Assembly (NCBI GenBank): GCA_964630525.1
Contig: CAZVUY010000001.1
Coordinates: 114,901 to 178,900 of the forward strand
Direction of reading: 5' to 3'
Length of the DNA: 64,000 nt
From: an uncultured Candidatus Saccharibacteria bacterium
Lineage (GTDB): Bacteria > Patescibacteriota > Minisyncoccia > Phycocordibacterales > WO2-35-19
Shown here: in pieces, positions 18,042 through 27,252 of the stretch
Position numbering within the stretch: the first letter of the stretch is position 1
Layout: the number at the start of each line of letters is the position of its first letter
The notes under the pieces: generated by a model
The model's input: only the letters and a program-made list of their open reading frames with translations
Told to the model about the DNA's origin: nothing
Databases searched by the model: none
Position numbers and translations under genes: made by a program

Positions 18042-19331
18042 ATGCCAGAAAAAAATAGAAAAAAATTCAATAAATACTTTGGGTTTTTATCCATAGTTTT
18101 AATTTCTCTGTTTATTTTTTCTCCAATAGTGGTCCATAGAGCTAGCGCTCAACTTTTTGTACCAGTCTGGGATCCTGCCAACTTATCCGCCAACACAGTT
18201 ACCGCATCGAATGCCACCAGTCTCTCAATAAAGGAGCATATTTTAGACGCCATTGTTTACAAGGTATTGGATCTTATAATACAAAAAATGGCCGCAAGTA
18301 CCGTTAATTGGATAAACAGCGGGTTTAAAGGAAAACCCACTTTCATCACAAACCCTGGAGCCTTTTTTCAAGACGTTGGTGATAAAGTAGCGGGTCAATA
18401 TATATACGCCAACCCAAATCTAAACTTCCTCTGTGGACCAATCAGTGGTCGAATAAAAATTGCCCTTTCAAACAAATACCGTGGCAACGATATTAGGTGG
18501 CAGTGTACCCTTACTGACGTGGCGGGCAATATGGAAGATTTCATAAATGATTTTGACAAGGGTGGCTGGGATAAATTTTTCAGATTGACTCAAGATCCTC
18601 AGAACAACCCAATCGGTGCCTACATTCAAGCCGAAGGGGAACTGGCAAGACGAATTGCCAAAGAAACGGATGAGAAAAATAAAGAACTTAGTTGGGGTAA
18701 AGGTTTTTTTTCTACAACAAAATGTCCGGCTGGTCGCAGTATAACTAACGTAGTAGATAATCCAGAAGGTGGGAAGACGGTTACTTATGAGGACGGATCA
18801 ACCATAAACCAAATGCCTGACCCGAGCCTAAAGGTTGGAGGATGCGGAGTTAAAGAAAACATAGTTACACCAGGGTCAGTTGTTGAGGGACAACTGGGAG
18901 AGGTTCTCAGTATTGGCGGTAAAAAACTAGCTGTTGCCGATGAGATAAATGAAATAATAAGTGCACTACTTAACCAACTGGTCAGCAAAGCTTTTAGTGG
19001 ACTTGCGAGTCTGAGTCAACGCAACCCGACAAACGAAGGGGGGCGTTCATTTACAGAGTTATTGCACAGCTCCACAACCGATTCGGTTATTGATAACTAT
19101 ATAGAGTCGTCAACAGAAACCCTTCAACAGGCTATCCAAAATTCTATTGACAATCCTTACAATCCTTACGCCTGCAGAGATAATCCAAACCTCCCAGAGT
19201 GTCAAGTGCCTCAAGGACAGGTTGGTGGTAGTGGAGGAATAGATGGTAGTGGCGGAACAAGGTCATCCTGTGATCCAACCATAGAAACTTGCGAAGCCCA
19301 AGGAGCGCCAGGTGGTGGGCGAGGGAGATAA
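18042..19331 (+). CDS. Hypothetical secreted/anchored protein
   Basis: It has an N-terminal TM/signal (FGFLSIVLISLFIFSPIVV), several Cys and a Gly-rich tail. Confidence 0.45.
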   Translation: MPEKNRKKFNKYFGFLSIVLISLFIFSPIVVHRASAQLFVPVWDPANLSANTVTASNATSLSIKEHILDAIVYKVLDLIIQKMAASTVNWINSGFKGKPTFITNPGAFFQDVGDKVAGQYIYANPNLNFLCGPISGRIKIALSNKYRGNDIRWQCTLTDVAGNMEDFINDFDKGGWDKFFRLTQDPQNNPIGAYIQAEGELARRIAKETDEKNKELSWGKGFFSTTKCPAGRSITNVVDNPEGGKTVTYEDGSTINQMPDPSLKVGGCGVKENIVTPGSVVEGQLGEVLSIGGKKLAVADEINEIISALLNQLVSKAFSGLASLSQRNPTNEGGRSFTELLHSSTTDSVIDNYIESSTETLQQAIQNSIDNPYNPYACRDNPNLPECQVPQGQVGGSGGIDGSGGTRSSCDPTIETCEAQGAPGGGRGR

Positions 19332-19342
19332 AATTTTTAAAC

Positions 19343-21748
19343 ATGGATATTTTAAAAAATACCAAAAAACCGACGATTAAAAAGATATTAACGATTATTG
19401 TTATAGTCACTATAACAATAGGGGTTTTGGGATTTCCTGATAAAACTGTTCTGGCAGATGTAAGTTTGCTTCAAGCAGCATTGGGACCGGGTGCCATAGG
19501 GTTGGGCATGATGGGTGTAGATGTTTTTGAGGTTATGGCAAAAGGTACAGCAGAAATGCTAATTAAAATTTCAGGTTTATTTCTAACAATAACAGGAAAG
19601 ATGTTTGACTATGTTGTTGATTTTACAATCCTCAATATGGCCCAGAGAGTTGGTAATTCCGAGGGAGGATTAGGGGCTAGCATTAGCGCGTCTTGGGCAT
19701 CTTTGCGTGATATAGCAAACATGTTGTTTATTTTTGTACTTTTGTACGTAGCCTTTAAAGCGATATTTGATTTAGACTTTGGTAGCGTAAGTAAGTCAAT
19801 CAGAAATATTATTATTGTTGCCCTACTAATTAACTTTAGTCTCTTTTTCTCGAAAGTAGTGATAGACGCCTCAAATATTGTGTCCATTGGATTCTATAAC
19901 TCTATAGTAACGGCTAACACCAGGAGTGTACAAGGAGAGGGTGCGGTGGTTGGTAACCAAACTATTTCAACTGGTTATATGCGGTTACTTGGACTAACAA
20001 AGTGGTTTGATTCAAAAATACTGGAAAAAACAAAAATGACTGACGCAAAACAAATACTGGCTTATGGAATTTTAACATTCATATTTATGATGGTGGTAAC
20101 AGTGGTTTTGCTTATCGCCACAATAATGCTGTTGGCTAGATTTGTCATGCTTATATTTATCATGATCCTTTCGCCACTTGCCCTAATTGCCATTATAGTT
20201 CCAGGTATGAGAGGTTATTTTGATAAGTGGTTTCATGCCCTAATAGACCAATCCTTTTTTGCCCCAGTTTTCCTTGCCTTAACTTGGGTAGTATTCAAAA
20301 TAGCCTCCACTCCCGGTTTTATAGTCGGTGGTACAACAATAATCGCTTCGCAGGGTGCCTCATACACCGATCTGATGTCCGAGGCACCATCTGGTGGAGT
20401 GCTAGCCCTTGTGCTTAATTACGCATTGATAATAGGATTTACAATCGCGTCTCTGGTGATCTCCAAACAAATGGCGAGCAGGACCGCCGGGTTTACAGCC
20501 ATCAGTGGTGGTATAGGTGCCGGTGCTATTGGTGGCGCGGCGATACTAGGAAGACAAACTATTGGGAGGGGGGCAAAAATGCTCGCCGAATCAAGCAAAC
20601 TTCGAGATGCGGCTTCTGCTGGCAAATGGTATTCGGGAGCTGCCCGAGCAGGCCTTTGGACGGCTGACAAGGGGGCAGGTGGTAGTTTTGATTTGAGAGC
20701 AACCGACACTTTAAAAAAGGTTCCGGGGCTTGGTAAGGAACTAGATCTGTTGGGCAAAGCGGGTGGTAAGGGTGGTTTTGTTAAAGCGGTTGAACAAAAA
20801 GCAGATGATAAAGCTAAATACGCTAAGCGTGTTTATGGTCAAACTGCGACTGAAACTGAAAAAGCGCGGGAATTGGAGATAGATTATAACAAGCAAAAAT
20901 CTTTAGATGAAATTAGGATTAAAACAGAAAGAGAAAAGATGGCTCGCGAGAAAGAAACTATTCATAATAGAAACATTATCAATAGAGATAGGTACTTCAA
21001 TGACTCAAGGGTGGCTGGAGACCAAAGACTTATAGATATTCAAAATGATTTTGAGTTTAAAAAAGACGAGTATGAAAAGGCAAAGAAATCAGGAACAAAA
21101 ACCAAGGAAGAGTTGGAAGAGCTAATGAAAGCCAGGGATGAAAGTAGAGAAAACATGGAAAAAACTCAGACATCTATCGCTGATGAGGTATTCAAAGGGG
21201 ATGTTGATTATGTGAACACTAGGGAAGCAGCCAAGTCAAGCAAAGAAGAGCTACGGAAAGCGAAAGAGAGGTTGAAAATGAACAAAGAAAATAAGTTTGA
21301 TGATAATGAATATTTGGATGAAGTGCAAAACCTAAAGAAAGAATGGGTAGCCAAAAAAGAAGCGGGTAAAAGGAGGATGATAGAATTTGCGGATAGAGTA
21401 GAAAAAGGTTCACCGGTTTCAACGATGGTGGGAGGGTTGGCTGGTGGCGCCTTAGGAACAATATTTGGGGGACCTATTGGGACGCTGATTGGAGCTGGAG
21501 CTGGTGCGGGAGGTGGCAGCTGGGCGGGCGGCAAGCTACCTAAGCGAGCTAACTGGGCAGGAAACACAGAGGCGGGAAGAAAAATAAGAGCGGCAGCCGA
21601 AGGAAGAGATAAAAAAGATCCTAAGAAACTTAAGAAAGAGATAGATGATTTGTTTGGTATAAAAAATGAAGAAGGGGATGGTCAAAGTGGTGACGAAGGA
21701 AATAAAAAAGAAGGCGAGGAAGATAAAGATAAGAAAAAAGAATCGTAA
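19343..21748 (+). CDS. Polytopic membrane protein with long charged coiled-coil C-terminus (VirB6/TrbL-like architecture)
   Basis: The first ~400 aa hold at least 6 hydrophobic helices. A K/E-rich region and GGxGG repeats follow. The likely start is MDILKNTKKP at 19343. Confidence 0.5.
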   Translation: MDILKNTKKPTIKKILTIIVIVTITIGVLGFPDKTVLADVSLLQAALGPGAIGLGMMGVDVFEVMAKGTAEMLIKISGLFLTITGKMFDYVVDFTILNMAQRVGNSEGGLGASISASWASLRDIANMLFIFVLLYVAFKAIFDLDFGSVSKSIRNIIIVALLINFSLFFSKVVIDASNIVSIGFYNSIVTANTRSVQGEGAVVGNQTISTGYMRLLGLTKWFDSKILEKTKMTDAKQILAYGILTFIFMMVVTVVLLIATIMLLARFVMLIFIMILSPLALIAIIVPGMRGYFDKWFHALIDQSFFAPVFLALTWVVFKIASTPGFIVGGTTIIASQGASYTDLMSEAPSGGVLALVLNYALIIGFTIASLVISKQMASRTAGFTAISGGIGAGAIGGAAILGRQTIGRGAKMLAESSKLRDAASAGKWYSGAARAGLWTADKGAGGSFDLRATDTLKKVPGLGKELDLLGKAGGKGGFVKAVEQKADDKAKYAKRVYGQTATETEKARELEIDYNKQKSLDEIRIKTEREKMAREKETIHNRNIINRDRYFNDSRVAGDQRLIDIQNDFEFKKDEYEKAKKSGTKTKEELEELMKARDESRENMEKTQTSIADEVFKGDVDYVNTREAAKSSKEELRKAKERLKMNKENKFDDNEYLDEVQNLKKEWVAKKEAGKRRMIEFADRVEKGSPVSTMVGGLAGGALGTIFGGPIGTLIGAGAGAGGGSWAGGKLPKRANWAGNTEAGRKIRAAAEGRDKKDPKKLKKEIDDLFGIKNEEGDGQSGDEGNKKEGEEDKDKKKES

Positions 21749-21753
21749 ATAAT

Positions 21754-22326
21754 ATGGAGGAGAGTAATAAAATATTAAAAGAACAGATAGAAAAATTGCC
21801 AACAGCGCTTAAAAATTTTGTGCTTAGCAATGAGTGGACAAAAAAATTGAGAGTATACCTGGATAGTCTTCAGCTGGAAGAGTGGCAGAAAGTTTCGGTA
21901 GAAAACGAAGTGTTTTTGATCTTGATGGGTTTCGAAGAGTATGCAAATTTACCAGGCAACATATCCGAAAATACCGAAATGGATTTTGAGGTAGCCGAAA
22001 AAATATCGGAGTTTGTAATAAAAGATATTTTGAAACCAGTAGCAGATTTGGTAGTAAAAGAATTTGAAAAATCGGAACAACCGCCATCCAGTTCAATCGG
22101 CAACTCATTCGAACGTATCATCTTAAACCAAGCGAGGGCGATGCAGCCCGCCCGCCTCGCTAGCGAGAGCGTTGCGGGCGGGCCAGCCCGCGAAGCGGGT
22201 AGTGGTAGCCAGCAACCAGCACCTAGCAGCCGGGTTCCGGACAATCTGCCGACTGAAGATTTGAAACCAAAACCTACAACACCAAATTATTCTGGGCAGG
22301 ATCCGTATAGAGAACCGGTGGAGTAG
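21754..22326 (+). CDS. Hypothetical acidic cytoplasmic protein with REP-hairpin-encoded low-complexity C-terminus
   Basis: The C-terminal residues ...ARAMQPARLASESVAGGPAREAGSG... are encoded by the GC hairpin copy at 22147-22182. Confidence 0.45.
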   Translation: MEESNKILKEQIEKLPTALKNFVLSNEWTKKLRVYLDSLQLEEWQKVSVENEVFLILMGFEEYANLPGNISENTEMDFEVAEKISEFVIKDILKPVADLVVKEFEKSEQPPSSSIGNSFERIILNQARAMQPARLASESVAGGPAREAGSGSQQPAPSSRVPDNLPTEDLKPKPTTPNYSGQDPYREPVE

Positions 22327-22420
22327 GGAGCTTGGAGCTAAAAGCTTAGAGCTTAGAGGAGAAAAATAAAAAATGATATAATTTTGAAAGCTTACAGCTC
22401 TAAGCTCTAAGCTCTAAGCT
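22327..22420. repeat. AGCT-rich palindromic miniature element filling the intergenic spacer exactly (stop-to-start)
   Basis: The sequence is ggagcttggagctaaaagcttagagcttagagg, an A/T loop, then aagcttacagctctaagctctaagctctaagct. Confidence 0.65.
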
Positions 22421-22423
22421 AAA

Positions 22424-22843
22424 ATGCGTTTTCAAATCCCACAATTCATCGACGTTGAAGATAAAATATTTGGTCCTTTTACCTTGAAGCAATTTATCTA
22501 CTTAGCCGGGGGGGCCAGTATCGCCCTCGCCTGCGTTACTATTTTCGGCTTAGTTTTGGGGCTCATGATCGCCTCACCGATCATCATCCTCGCCGCCGCG
22601 CTCGCTTTTTATAAGGTCAACAACAGACCGTTCATCAACATGCTCGAGTCTGCTTTCAAATATCTCACCAAAGACAAGCTTTATATTTGGCAAAAAAGCG
22701 AAAAAACTGAAGCTGAGATGGTGGCGGAAGAGAAAAAGTATAGCTCGGTCATTGTACCCAATCTTGGTGATAGCAAACTCAAAGACATGAACTGGCAATT
22801 GGATGTGAAGAAAAAGGAAGATGATCTATTAGCTAAGAGCTGA
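22424..22843 (+). CDS. Small two-TM membrane protein (VirB3-like position and topology)
   Basis: It is 139 aa with a hydrophobic hairpin LAGGASIALACVTIFGLVLGLMIASPIIILAAALAF. It lies upstream of the VirB4-like ATPase, as in Gram-positive T4SS operons. Confidence 0.4.
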   Translation: MRFQIPQFIDVEDKIFGPFTLKQFIYLAGGASIALACVTIFGLVLGLMIASPIIILAAALAFYKVNNRPFINMLESAFKYLTKDKLYIWQKSEKTEAEMVAEEKKYSSVIVPNLGDSKLKDMNWQLDVKKKEDDLLAKS

Positions 22844-22863
22844 GAGCTTGGAGCTTAGAGTAG
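22831..22863. repeat. Left half-arm of AGCT palindromic element
   Basis: The sequence agctaagagctgagagcttggagcttagagtag supplies the stop codon of the upstream gene. Confidence 0.55.
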
Positions 22864-22866
22864 AAA

Positions 22867-23235
22867 ATGCTAAAAACTTATAGAGATTTACTCATATGGA
22901 AAAGGTCGATAGATTTGGCAACAAAAGTATATAAAGTTACAGAAATTTTTCCAAAATCAGAAATATACGGGATTGTATCCCAAATGAGAAGATCGGCTGT
23001 TTCTATATCTTCAAACATAGCAGAGGGAAGGAACAGGGGCACAAGAAAAGATTTTGCTCAATTTTTGAGAATAGCGTTGGGTTCTACAGCGGAACTAGAA
23101 TCTCAGACAGAGATATCAAAAAATTTGAATTTTATAAACCAGATTGAATATTCACAGATAATCTCTGAGACAAATGAAATAGGAATGATGTTGCGTGCTA
23201 TAATTAGAAAGCTGGACTCTAAGCTCCAAGCTTAA
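22867..23235 (+). CDS. Four-helix-bundle protein of the '23S rRNA intervening-sequence protein' family
   Basis: It is 122 aa with YRDLLIWKRSIDLATKVYKVTEIFPKSEIYGIVSQMRRSAVSISSNIAEG, typical of the TIGR02436-like family. Half-arms of the AGCT element flank it on both sides. Confidence 0.75.
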   Translation: MLKTYRDLLIWKRSIDLATKVYKVTEIFPKSEIYGIVSQMRRSAVSISSNIAEGRNRGTRKDFAQFLRIALGSTAELESQTEISKNLNFINQIEYSQIISETNEIGMMLRAIIRKLDSKLQA

Positions 23236-23247
23236 AGCTCTAAGCTT
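23212..23247. repeat. Right half-arm of AGCT palindromic element
   Basis: The sequence ctggactctaagctccaagcttaaagctctaagctt encodes the last residues and the stop of the four-helix-bundle gene. Confidence 0.55.
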
Positions 23248-23250
23248 TTT

Positions 23251-23871
23251 ATGAAAAATGCTACTCAAGAATTTGTACCGATAGACGATGTGCGCGATGG
23301 GATAGCCATCCTCAAAAGCGGTGGGATGCGCGGCGTACTCATGGCTTCAAGCGTAAACTTCTCCCTCAAGTCAGAAGAGGAGAGGCAGGCTATCCTATTC
23401 CAATTCCAAGATTTCTTAAACTCTCTGGATTTTTCGGTCCAGATCATCGTCCAATCAAGAAAGCTCGATATCAGACCCTATATCGCCCTTTTGGAGAACA
23501 GGCACAAAGAGCAAACCAACGACCTGATGAAAATCCAGATCGAACAATACATTGCTTTCATTAGAAGTTTTACCGAATCGACCAACATCATGACCAAAAA
23601 CTTCTTCATTGTGGTCCCATATGATGCCGCCATCATCTCTACCAAAACAGGGTTGTTGGACAATTTGCGAGGCAATAGGAACAAAGAGACAAAGGAAGAA
23701 GATTTCGAAGAAAGGCGCAATCAGCTCGAGCAGCGAATGGGAGTGGTAGAGCAGGGCTTGGTGCGCTCCGGCGTCAGGGTAGCCAAGCTCGGTACCGACG
23801 AAGTGGTCGAGTTGTTTTATAAGATATTTAATCCGGGAGAAACGGAGAAACCAATCAAGCTTGGAGCTTGA
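23251..23871 (+). CDS. VirB4/TrbE/CagE N-terminal-domain-like protein (separate ORF)
   Basis: The motif IDDVRDGIAILKSGGMRGVLMASSVNFSLKSEEERQAILFQFQDFLNSL resembles the N-terminal domain of VirB4-family ATPases. Its stop codon lies inside a palindromic element. Confidence 0.5.
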   Translation: MKNATQEFVPIDDVRDGIAILKSGGMRGVLMASSVNFSLKSEEERQAILFQFQDFLNSLDFSVQIIVQSRKLDIRPYIALLENRHKEQTNDLMKIQIEQYIAFIRSFTESTNIMTKNFFIVVPYDAAIISTKTGLLDNLRGNRNKETKEEDFEERRNQLEQRMGVVEQGLVRSGVRVAKLGTDEVVELFYKIFNPGETEKPIKLGA

Positions 23872-23925
23872 AGCTAATAGCTTAGAGGAAAAAACTTTAA
23901 ACTCCAAGCTCTTAGCTCTAAGCTT
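23857..23925. repeat. AGCT-rich palindromic miniature element separating the two VirB4-like ORFs
   Basis: The sequence is aagcttggagcttgaagctaatagcttagagg, then aaaaaactttaaa, then ctccaagctcttagctctaagctt. Confidence 0.65.
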
Positions 23926-23933
23926 TCAAAAAT

Positions 23934-25727
23934 ATGTTCGACTTTTTAAAGAAAAAACCAAAAGAAAATCTGACCACCGTTTCGATCTTGCCCAAATCGA
24001 TCACCGAGAGCTCCGAGCTTGAGCTGCGCGATATCTTGGCCCCGAGCGCCCTCAAGGTCAATGTTAAAGAACTGAATTTGGGCGAGAAAGTAGTGAGAAC
24101 TTTTTTCGTCATCTCTTATCCTAGGTTTTTGTCCGAAGATTGGTTCGCACCGGTCATCAACATGGACAAAATGTTTGATATTTCTATCTTCATCCACCCA
24201 GTTGAGACCGCGACCGTCCTACGTGGTTTTCAAAAAAAGGTAGCCGAAGTACAAAGCCAGATCAGGATCAGGGAAGAGAAGGGGTTGGTCCGCGACCCGA
24301 TTTTAGACACCGCCTATCAAGATTTGGAGAATTTGCGCGACCAACTCCAACAAGCCCAAGAGAAAATGTTTGAGGTCGGTCTCTATGTATCCATCTACGC
24401 CAACAATACCGACGAGCTCGACAAGGCCGAATCCGAGATCAAATCGATCCTCGAATCAAAGCTAGTCTATATGAAGCCAGCCCTCTTCCAGCAAGAGCAA
24501 GGCTTTCGCAGCATCCTACCAATCGGTGAGGACGAACTCGCTGTCCACTCGAAAATAAACTCTTCGCCGCTTTCAAGTATTTTCCCTTTTATCTCCTTCG
24601 ACCTCACTTCCGACAAGGGTATCCTCTACGGTATCAACCGACACAACTCCTCTCTGGTACTTTTCGACCGTTTCTCGCTTGAGAACTACAATTCCGTCAC
24701 CTTCGCCAAATCCGGTTCTGGTAAATCATACGCTACCAAACTCGAGATTCTTCGTACTTTGATGTTCGATACCGAAGTAATTGTGATGGATCCGGAAAAC
24801 GAGTACCAATATATGGCTGAAGCGGTGGGTGGTCGTTATTTCAATATTTCTCTCAATTCCGACCATCATATCAATCCGTTTGAGCTGCCGGTGCCCGGAG
24901 AAGATGAGTCGAGCGCCTCGGTCTTGCGCTCCCAAATCATCAACTTGGTAGGTCTTTTCCGGATCATGATGGGTGGCCTCACCGCTGAAGAAGACGCGAT
25001 CATCGACCGAGCTATCACTGAGACTTACGCCCTCAAAGACATCACCGCTGATTCTGATTTTAAAAATGTTGAACCACCACTTCTCTCCGACTTCGAGCTC
25101 GTGCTAGGTGGGATGGAGGGAGGGGAGTCACTCGCTCAACGCCTTTCCAAATACACCCGCGGCACCTGGTCCAACTTCATCAACAAACCTTCCAATATCG
25201 ACATCAATAAAAAGTTTGTCGTCTTCTCGATTCGCGACATGGAAGACGAGCTCAAACCGGTCGCTATGTACATCGTCATGCACTACATCTGGAATGCTAT
25301 TAGGCGGGAGATCAGGAAGCGTCTCTTGGTGATCGACGAGGCCTGGTGGATGATGAAATCTGAAGACACCGCCTCCTTTCTCCTGTCGCTCGCCAAACGT
25401 GGCCGCAAATATTATCTCGGGCTCGCCACCATCACTCAAGACGTCGACGACTTTTTGAAATCACCTTATGGCATGCCGATCGTCACCAACTCTTCAATCC
25501 AAATACTACTCAAACAGTCGCCAACCACCATCGACCGACTGCAGGAAGTTTTCAACCTGACCAACGAAGAGAAATACTTGCTCATCGAGTCGGGGGTAGG
25601 TGAGGGAATATTTTTCGCCGGCCTCAAACACGTAGCGATCAAGATCATTGCCTCCTACACCGAAGACCAGATCATCACCTCCGATCCGTCTCAAATCTTG
25701 GCGATCAAAAAACAAAATGCAAAATAA
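23934..25727 (+). CDS. VirB4/TraC/CagE-family type IV secretion ATPase (ATPase domain)
   Basis: It has the Walker A FAKSGSGKSY, the Walker B LLVIDEAWWMM, and the C-terminal LGLATITQDVDDF and KQSPTTIDRL motifs. Confidence 0.8.
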   Translation: MFDFLKKKPKENLTTVSILPKSITESSELELRDILAPSALKVNVKELNLGEKVVRTFFVISYPRFLSEDWFAPVINMDKMFDISIFIHPVETATVLRGFQKKVAEVQSQIRIREEKGLVRDPILDTAYQDLENLRDQLQQAQEKMFEVGLYVSIYANNTDELDKAESEIKSILESKLVYMKPALFQQEQGFRSILPIGEDELAVHSKINSSPLSSIFPFISFDLTSDKGILYGINRHNSSLVLFDRFSLENYNSVTFAKSGSGKSYATKLEILRTLMFDTEVIVMDPENEYQYMAEAVGGRYFNISLNSDHHINPFELPVPGEDESSASVLRSQIINLVGLFRIMMGGLTAEEDAIIDRAITETYALKDITADSDFKNVEPPLLSDFELVLGGMEGGESLAQRLSKYTRGTWSNFINKPSNIDINKKFVVFSIRDMEDELKPVAMYIVMHYIWNAIRREIRKRLLVIDEAWWMMKSEDTASFLLSLAKRGRKYYLGLATITQDVDDFLKSPYGMPIVTNSSIQILLKQSPTTIDRLQEVFNLTNEEKYLLIESGVGEGIFFAGLKHVAIKIIASYTEDQIITSDPSQILAIKKQNAK

Positions 25728-25728
25728 C

Positions 25729-25802
25729 ACCCCTCCCAACCCTCCCCAAAAGAGAGGGTTCCAAACCCCCTTCCCCTTCGGGGAAGGGTTGAGGATGGGG
25801 TG
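25729..25802. repeat. GC-rich hairpin cluster (CCCTTCCCC-TTCG-GGGAAGGG etc.)
   Basis: It sits directly after the VirB4 stop. It is terminator-like and related in style to the other GC-rich REP-like hairpins. Confidence 0.45.
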
Positions 25803-25825
25803 GAAATGATATAATCAAGTGAAAT

Positions 25826-26263
25826 ATGGAAGAAGAAGTCCAACCAAAACAAAAACTAATTAGAAGGTCAGTGCCGCAACCTGCCCAACCAGAACAAAAA
25901 AAAGAGCGAATAAAAGTTTGGGTTGGTTTTATGTTAGCAGCCATTGTTTTGTTTATTGATGGGTTCCAAGCTTTGTTGGGCACCTTTGCCATAGGTATTG
26001 CCATAAATTCGGTTATAACAGCTGTGGCTTACTTTGCTTTCTGGGTCATATTTATGATCCTGGGAGTGTCTTTTATGGGAAATCCGAAAAGTTTTGCCGC
26101 CATAGGAGTGTCCGGGTTGGCAGAATTAATTCCAGCATTAAACATGCTGCCGGCATTGAGCGCTGGAGTCATATCTGTGATCTTGATCACTATGGCCGAA
26201 GACAAAGGTGGTATAATTGGTGAAGCTGCCGGCTTAATGCAAGGTAAATTCAAACAAGGATGA
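25826..26263 (+). CDS. Small polytopic membrane protein
   Basis: Three hydrophobic helices follow a basic N-terminus. Confidence 0.45.
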   Translation: MEEEVQPKQKLIRRSVPQPAQPEQKKERIKVWVGFMLAAIVLFIDGFQALLGTFAIGIAINSVITAVAYFAFWVIFMILGVSFMGNPKSFAAIGVSGLAELIPALNMLPALSAGVISVILITMAEDKGGIIGEAAGLMQGKFKQG

Positions 26264-27252
26264 GAATTTTTAGTAAAATCACAATATTATTTTTTGGTTT
26301 CTTATTGGTGCCAGCACTCTCTTTTGCCCAAACATTTGGCGCTTCTACCTTTGCAAATGAACTCGGTGTAGAGATCATCCCCACCTATCCCAAACCAAAC
26401 CAAAACGTTTCAATCAACCTTACTCTTTACAGTGGGGATCTGAATTCTGCAGATATCACTTGGTATCAAAACGGTAAAAATGTTTTGAGCGGCAAAGGGG
26501 AGAAACGCTACTCCTTCAAAATGGGTCCGGCTGGTACAGAAACAGATATAGAAATCAGAATAAAGCTCATGGGCGGCAGCTCCTTTACCAAAACTTTTAC
26601 TTTAGGCGGAGCCGGTGTGGATCTGGTCTGGGAAGCTAGCACTTACACTCCTCCATTTTACAAAGGCAAAGCGATGCATGGGTTCCAGGGCTATCTGAAA
26701 GTGGTAGCCATGCCTGATTTTATAAGGAATGGCAATCGAATCTCACCTAAAAACCTAATTTATGAATGGTCAAACAGTACCAGTGTTTACGAGGATCAGT
26801 CTGGCTATGGTCGAGACACTTTGGTCTTAAATGGTTCGTTGCTTGGCCGAGAAGAGCAGGTCGACGTTTTGGTCACCGATCCAACTACCAACCTGGTTGC
26901 TACTAACTTTATTATTATAAATCCGATTGAGCCGGAAATTATTTTCTATGAGAACAGTCCTTACTATGGACCCATTTTCGATAAGGCCATCAGGAGTTTG
27001 GAATTGGAAGCTGAAGAAACTCAAATTTTAGCTGCCCCTTACAACCTCTCAAAAGAGCCTTTGGGCAAATTGGTGTACGATTGGCGACTCAACGGTGTCT
27101 CGGTGCCAGAGCTCAAAAATTCTCGCACTGCTATCTTCAAAAAACCAGAAGAAGGGAGCGGTCAATCAGCGATCTCTCTCAGTATTGAAAATTTGAATCG
27201 CATTCTCCAGCAAGGGAGCGGCCAAGTAAATATCCAATTCAAAAATGATTAA
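26260..27252 (+). CDS. Secreted protein (signal peptide, beta-rich)
   Basis: It has the signal peptide ILFFGFLLVPALSFA. Its start overlaps the previous stop (ATGA). Confidence 0.5.
   Translation: MRIFSKITILFFGFLLVPALSFAQTFGASTFANELGVEIIPTYPKPNQNVSINLTLYSGDLNSADITWYQNGKNVLSGKGEKRYSFKMGPAGTETDIEIRIKLMGGSSFTKTFTLGGAGVDLVWEASTYTPPFYKGKAMHGFQGYLKVVAMPDFIRNGNRISPKNLIYEWSNSTSVYEDQSGYGRDTLVLNGSLLGREEQVDVLVTDPTTNLVATNFIIINPIEPEIIFYENSPYYGPIFDKAIRSLELEAEETQILAAPYNLSKEPLGKLVYDWRLNGVSVPELKNSRTAIFKKPEEGSGQSAISLSIENLNRILQQGSGQVNIQFKND

Noticed and set aside
16035-23925. AGCT repeat copies considered as a possible CRISPR array
   Set aside because: The repeats are not evenly spaced direct repeats with unique spacers. 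Each copy is a self-complementary left-arm/loop/right-arm palindrome. No cas genes are present. Copies are dispersed and some lie inside CDSs.
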